DNA of 64,000 bases from Monocercomonoides exilis PA203 (Eukaryota > Protista > Preaxostyla), in the NCBI GenBank assembly GCA_001643675.2, contig LSRY02000061.1:62001-126000 (forward strand), written 5' to 3'. The translations under genes were made by a program, and so were the position numbers. The notes beneath the pieces are model-generated. The model did not search any database. It was not told the origin of the DNA and saw nothing but the letters and a program-made list of their open reading frames with translations. Numbering within the stretch: the stretch's first letter is position 1; every line of letters begins with the position of its first letter. Shown here piece by piece: positions 58,892-64,000 of the stretch.

Positions 58892-61800
58892 TTATATTCC
58901 AATCATATGTTCAAGAGTCCTGATTATTTCTTGGATAGAAGGGCGTTTCGCTGGATCGAAAATCATGCAGCTCCGGATAAGCCCTGCAATTGGAGTTTCT
59001 CCCAATAAATCTGTATGAACAACTTGACCTCTTGAATTTGCTTCAATTGCCTCTTCAACATCTAACGGTGCATAAGGCACTTTTCCACCTACCATTTCCC
59101 ATAGGATCATTCCAAATGAGTATATATCACTTGCAGTTGTTGCAACTTCGCGAATGCACTCCATCAATCGTCTATCTGTTGTCTGCTTCAATTGCTGATA
59201 AGTTGATTCATCGAGTAAGAAATTACTATTCCTTTCTTCTCTAACAATTGAAATGCACTTTTCTGCAAGTTCGGGCGAAGTCCATCTAAGATTCTCCCTT
59301 CCTCCAATCCATTCATTTTCTTTTGTAATCTGATTCAAGCATAAATTCGAACTCAAAAAAATATTATCGTTTTGATCCATGTTAACGTTTAAAGGAGAAA
59401 GATCTCCAACAATAACTGCAGGATTCTGTGAATGAAGATGGAAAAGTGTTTGAGCAATCGTTAAGGATGCAGCATGTACCCGCAGGATAGGCCTTGTTAG
59501 TAAAGTTTGGTCTGGAATTAACAAATATCGTAAAGAAGGAGTTAAAGCATCTCTAACATTTTCTGAAAACTTCTTCTGATTGTGTATTCTGCGAAGAAGT
59601 GTGAGTTCCTGGGGAATAGTGAAAATGGAGAATGGATGAACAGTTGCCATTGCAGTTATACAATGTTCTTTAAAAACAGTTTTCACCGTATCTATTGAAT
59701 TGCTTGGCATTGAAGTAATTGGTCGAGCAGAATGCAATACATTTGAATGCTCCAGATCTTTTTTCGAGTTGAATTGTGATGAAACATTATTATGAAGATT
59801 GTTCAACTCTTCGATTTCTTCTTCTTCTTCTTCTGTAATAAACTCGTCCTGCATTTCATTGATCAATCGATCTTCATCTTCTGGTCCTTTTAAAGTTGAA
59901 TATGATCTTGATTTTTTCTTTAAGCAATAATGAATAATAACTGCAATTAAAATTGCTCCAAAAACAAAAACTGGTAATCCAATTGCCACGATAGCAAAAA
60001 TAGGATTTGAATATAAAAATTTGTCCTTTGGAATGACAGCTTTCGGATCAGTAGGAGAAGAAGGATAAGTAGGTCTTGGAGGTGGTTCGTATAATCCTAA
60101 GTCCGGTTCAGGTTCTGTAGGATCGAGTCTTTTTTTGTAAAGCTTATCCAAAGAGGATGTTGGATCTAAAATAAAAGAAGGTTCAGCACTTGCTGTCATG
60201 CACAGAGAAAAAGTGCTCTTGTTCCAGTGTTTTGCATGCTTTTGGCATTCATCAAATATGTCATTTCCTCCATTTTCTGCTGCTGCTGTATTAATAAAAA
60301 ATATACAGTTTGCAAAAGAACTTTTACCGCTTGACGATTCAGAATTTAACAGTGCTCCCCCTTTTCCGCCATTAGGATTGCTCTCTCCTGCAGAACAGTA
60401 ACGAAATCTAACATTATCCATTGCAAAGGATCTGACTGAAGAATAATAAATTCCTCCACCGTTTAAAAATGACGAACAGTTTGATATGTTGCATGCAACC
60501 ATATCCAGCATAACATCAGGCTGCGGTAAATGCTGTTTTAAATTTGGATTATTAAGTGCAAACATCATTGCGCCTCCTTCCCATTTTGCAGAACAACTTG
60601 AAAAATGAGTGTTGCAAAAATGACAGTAAGAAACGCAGTTCTCATCCGCTTTTAAATAAAACGCACCTCCTCCAAAATGTTGTTGTTCATCATTAAATTG
60701 CTTCTCAGAGGGTGTAAATGATATTGCAGAGGAGAAACATTTATCAAAGAAACAATTTGATGAACTTAAAGAAAATGATGAGGAGGAAGCTATAATTCCA
60801 ACTGCACCACCATTTGGTGCAGTACAACTTAAAAAGTTTGTCGAGTCAATCTGTACTGTAGAATTCTTTGCTTCATAATTTTTCAATTGAGGAAAAACAA
60901 TCGAAATGGCACCTCCAGCAATGAGATGTTTTTCTTCATCGGAATCTGTCTGTTGTGCCAACATTGAACAATTGCAAAAATGAGAAGAAGAAACTGTAAT
61001 GCGAGAAGTAAAGCGCTGACTATTCAGTTCTTCACTGCTTCCTGTTTCACTGCAAATGTAAACAGTTCCTCCTTCACTTGTAGGAGAGACTTTTGAACAA
61101 CACATATTAAAATAACATGTTTTAACAATCACTTCTCCACAACCAATACAGCAAAGTGTAGGAGAACCACTGTTTGATTTAATATTGTCAAATATGCATT
61201 CTTCCACAGTAACAATTTCAGTATCCATAGCTTCAACAATAGAACCCTTTGTTTGCTTATCAGATAATTGATATGTTACAGATGAAAATGAAATTCCACT
61301 GAGCTTAATAGAGCATGCGTGCATTGCCTTTATGAAGGAAGAATATGATTCTATTGAATTGAAATTCTTTTCAGAAGCATCGGTTGTAACAACAGAAATT
61401 CCAGTCAAAATAAGAGAACCAGAAGATAGCACGCTAAACATTCCATCAGATGCATGGTCGCTTTCGCTTTGATGTTGGATGGAGCAGTGTTGCAAAGACA
61501 GTTGACCATCAGAAATAGAAAAAAGAAAACGATACGAAGCCAACTTCGGATTCAACAAAATTGCTTCTCTTTTTCCGTAACCAAATATCTCAACTTCTGT
61601 CTCCTTCAAAGACAGATCACATTCTGTGTAGTTGGCTTCCTTCAAAAATAAAACTAAATTGCGATTTTCCTTTCCTAAAACGTATCCAAGAGTCTTGCAT
61701 GGCTTAATTGTCATTGCAAGAGACTTGAACTCATCAATTTTCACTTCACTAAGTTTGCTGTCAGAAACGCATTCCAAAGTATCATAAGAAATGGACTCTG

Positions 61801-64000
61801 CTGGGCTAACAACAGAAACAAGACATGCAGGGCAATCATGTGTAAGGGTGCACGTGATATCCCTCCCAGCTTGTACTCTTCCTTGTACTTCATCTGAAAT
61901 CACTCCAACGCAAATGCGAGGTTTGGGGGATGTTGAGTTCACATCATCGACAAAATCCGCGTTTTCGTAAAACTTGACATGAGAAGGACATCCATCAAAA
62001 ATATCATTTCCGCAAAAGCTGCGAGCCGATGAATTGCAAGCGTTTGCTGAATTATTCTCGAAAACTATGTGATGCAGCTCAATCGGATTCCCGCTCTGAA
62101 TAAACAGGCAACCACCTCTTCCTGATTGTTTTGCAGTGGCAGAGCAGAAAGAAAATCTGCAATTATCAATTACAAGATTTGTTTTGGTTTTTTCATCGAA
62201 ATGTTTATTAGATGATGCGACACAAACTCCACCTCCTGCTGTCGTTGCTTTACATCGAGTGAAATTGCAGCTTTCCCATTTAATGGCACTGTCAATTGAT
62301 GATACAGCTCCGCCTTGTCCAAGCTGTTTGATGCTTTTGGCTGTGTTAAGTGTTGATGAAACATCGCCAGCAATGCATGAATTAAAAAAGCAGTTGGAAA
62401 TAAGCACATTGCTTTGTTTGCAAGCATGAAGTGCACCACCGGCATGTTCGCTTCGACACATGTTCATTTTGGTGTTTGTGATGTTGGCGGAGCACTGAGT
62501 AATTTGAATGGCACCGCCATAAGGTGATTCAAAATTTACGTTCTGAGAGAACTCACGATTGTGCGTTGATCTGACAAAGCAGTCGTGAAATACACAGTTA
62601 TCGATGAAAATCCGTGAGAGCGTTGCGTTGACAGCGCCTCCGCCGATAGAAGAAGAGCATCCAGTGAAGTTCGAAGACGAGATTAATACACTGTATGGTC
62701 CAAATAAGCCCAATGCGCCTCCGCTTCCTCCAGCTGTGAATACGCTTTTGTCTCTTTCATCTGCACACAGCACCTGCTCGGGGGCAGAACATGAATTAAA
62801 CAAGCATTCCTTTACAGACAAAGTCGAGCTTCTTGCCTGCATTTGCACGATACATGCTCCGCCTGTCACACGCAATTGTCTCTTTGCTGCATCTTCATGC
62901 GGTACAGTCCTCTTACTTCCTGTTTGAAAAGTGCATGATGTGAAATTTGTTCTTGCTAGATTAACTTCGCATTTTCCCTTTGTTTCAACATGAATGCATG
63001 GTGCTGTAGCAAAAGTTCTCGATATTGAAAATGAAGGCATGTCCTTGTTTTGCACAGGAGCCCAATTTCCAGACATTGACTGAGTCTTCTGAATAGCTTT
63101 AAATAGTGAATCTTCGATTGATACAAAGGAAGTGTTTCCTGCAAAGAGAAGAGTTCCGCTATCAAATGAAGCAAGCGAAGCTTCGCCAAATGTGCATCTC
63201 CGAATTGCAACTGAGCCGGCCAAAGCCAAAAGAAATATTCCTGAAAGTTCAGAATTTGTTGAAGTGGAAACGGATGTGGGATGAAATGTTGAAGTGATTG
63301 AGTTGTTAACGTTATTGTTGTGTGAAGTGATGAATCTTTGCGAATTCGAAGTGAAGGTGGAAACCTTTGAATTAACTTGGAGATCTTCTAAAATACACTC
63401 GCTATTCTCCAGCATCCTGATAAAAATGAATTCTTTGCCAGAAAAGGCTCTGAGAAGTTTCAATTTTGAAAGTGTGAAATCTCCCTTTGCTTTTATGTCG
63501 AACATTGCTGTCTCCTTTCCTGGTTCATCCAATAATTTTTGAGAAGCAATCCATGGAGTAATCAATCCATCAGCTTTCGTAACTGTGATAGAAGCATTTG
63601 ACACAGTAATCTGGCACTGCTTATCTGCAAACGTTTCTCCAGCAAGCATTAAAACGATTTTCTTTTTAGTCTTTTGCTGATCATGTTGTGGGGTATCTTC
63701 TGGTTTATCATCTTCATAGTACCGTTTTGCTTCATCTAGGCAAAACCTAAGAGTCAGGCATGCCTCTTCCAAGGCTCCTCCGCATCCAACTACGTCCTCT
63801 CCTCCGTACTTGCCTTTTCCTTCTCCCTTCGGTTCAGCATAAACATAGAATGTTGTGCGATGCCTTGCGCTGTCTGGAAGAAGTCCATCTTTGTCTTGGT
63901 GTAACGAACCAGAGGCAACCACAAATCGAGGGTGTGCAGACGACGAACGGCAAGAAGGTACAGTTTCGTAAGTCCAGTGGTTAGTCTTCAGATGAGCCTC
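58892..64000 (-). CDS. 5'-partial receptor-like protein: Pmp-like GGA(I/L/V) ectodomain, TM helix and kinase-like domain
   Basis: The frame is open to the window edge. It has repeated GGAI/GGAL and FxxN/FxxC motifs, TM IFAIVAIGLPVFVFGAILIAVIIHY, and kinase-like VGDLSPLN, RWTSPEL and SDIYSFGMILWE..G..PY. Confidence 0.9.
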   Translation of the reverse strand, partial: EAHLKTNHWTYETVPSCRSSSAHPRFVVASGSLHQDKDGLLPDSARHRTTFYVYAEPKGEGKGKYGGEDVVGCGGALEEACLTLRFCLDEAKRYYEDDKPEDTPQHDQQKTKKKIVLMLAGETFADKQCQITVSNASITVTKADGLITPWIASQKLLDEPGKETAMFDIKAKGDFTLSKLKLLRAFSGKEFIFIRMLENSECILEDLQVNSKVSTFTSNSQRFITSHNNNVNNSITSTFHPTSVSTSTNSELSGIFLLALAGSVAIRRCTFGEASLASFDSGTLLFAGNTSFVSIEDSLFKAIQKTQSMSGNWAPVQNKDMPSFSISRTFATAPCIHVETKGKCEVNLARTNFTSCTFQTGSKRTVPHEDAAKRQLRVTGGACIVQMQARSSTLSVKECLFNSCSAPEQVLCADERDKSVFTAGGSGGALGLFGPYSVLISSSNFTGCSSSIGGGAVNATLSRIFIDNCVFHDCFVRSTHNREFSQNVNFESPYGGAIQITQCSANITNTKMNMCRSEHAGGALHACKQSNVLISNCFFNSCIAGDVSSTLNTAKSIKQLGQGGAVSSIDSAIKWESCNFTRCKATTAGGGVCVASSNKHFDEKTKTNLVIDNCRFSFCSATAKQSGRGGCLFIQSGNPIELHHIVFENNSANACNSSARSFCGNDIFDGCPSHVKFYENADFVDDVNSTSPKPRICVGVISDEVQGRVQAGRDITCTLTHDCPACLVSVVSPAESISYDTLECVSDSKLSEVKIDEFKSLAMTIKPCKTLGYVLGKENRNLVLFLKEANYTECDLSLKETEVEIFGYGKREAILLNPKLASYRFLFSISDGQLSLQHCSIQHQSESDHASDGMFSVLSSGSLILTGISVVTTDASEKNFNSIESYSSFIKAMHACSIKLSGISFSSVTYQLSDKQTKGSIVEAMDTEIVTVEECIFDNIKSNSGSPTLCCIGCGEVIVKTCYFNMCCSKVSPTSEGGTVYICSETGSSEELNSQRFTSRITVSSSHFCNCSMLAQQTDSDEEKHLIAGGAISIVFPQLKNYEAKNSTVQIDSTNFLSCTAPNGGAVGIIASSSSFSLSSSNCFFDKCFSSAISFTPSEKQFNDEQQHFGGGAFYLKADENCVSYCHFCNTHFSSCSAKWEGGAMMFALNNPNLKQHLPQPDVMLDMVACNISNCSSFLNGGGIYYSSVRSFAMDNVRFRYCSAGESNPNGGKGGALLNSESSSGKSSFANCIFFINTAAAENGGNDIFDECQKHAKHWNKSTFSLCMTASAEPSFILDPTSSLDKLYKKRLDPTEPEPDLGLYEPPPRPTYPSSPTDPKAVIPKDKFLYSNPIFAIVAIGLPVFVFGAILIAVIIHYCLKKKSRSYSTLKGPEDEDRLINEMQDEFITEEEEEEIEELNNLHNNVSSQFNSKKDLEHSNVLHSARPITSMPSNSIDTVKTVFKEHCITAMATVHPFSIFTIPQELTLLRRIHNQKKFSENVRDALTPSLRYLLIPDQTLLTRPILRVHAASLTIAQTLFHLHSQNPAVIVGDLSPLNVNMDQNDNIFLSSNLCLNQITKENEWIGGRENLRWTSPELAEKCISIVREERNSNFLLDESTYQQLKQTTDRRLMECIREVATTASDIYSFGMILWEMVGGKVPYAPLDVEEAIEANSRGQVVHTDLLGETPIAGLIRSCMIFDPAKRPSIQEIIRTLEHMIGI

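Noticed and set aside
1-64000. rRNA or tRNA genes
   Set aside because: None recognised by eye; a covariance-model scan would be needed to exclude small ncRNAs.

Overview
Eukaryotic, AT-rich protist DNA with short GT-AG introns (often GTATG donors), the standard genetic code and very long Ser/Glu low-complexity ORFs. The gene style, especially the giant receptor-like pseudokinases, resembles an oxymonad such as Monocercomonoides; this is an inference. Single-copy-looking genes are a 5'-partial acidic protein, a voltage-sensor-domain-only membrane protein, a 7-intron alpha/beta hydrolase, a ~4,500-aa protein with a spastizin/ZFYVE26-like C-terminus, and a CELF-like 2xRRM protein with PAM2 motifs. 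They surround a ~13.5-kb accessory island (7.9-21.3 kb). The island holds a MITE-like inverted repeat, a tyrosine-recombinase remnant with split repeats, and a ~7.9-kb palindrome carrying two head-to-head copies of a beta-helix-repeat surface protein. The palindrome is bracketed by two inward-facing, decayed Merlin/IS1595-type transposases, one of which contains a spliceosomal intron. The right part of the window has a second foldback element and two convergent giant receptor-like pseudokinase genes. All family calls come from motif recognition by eye; no searches were run.
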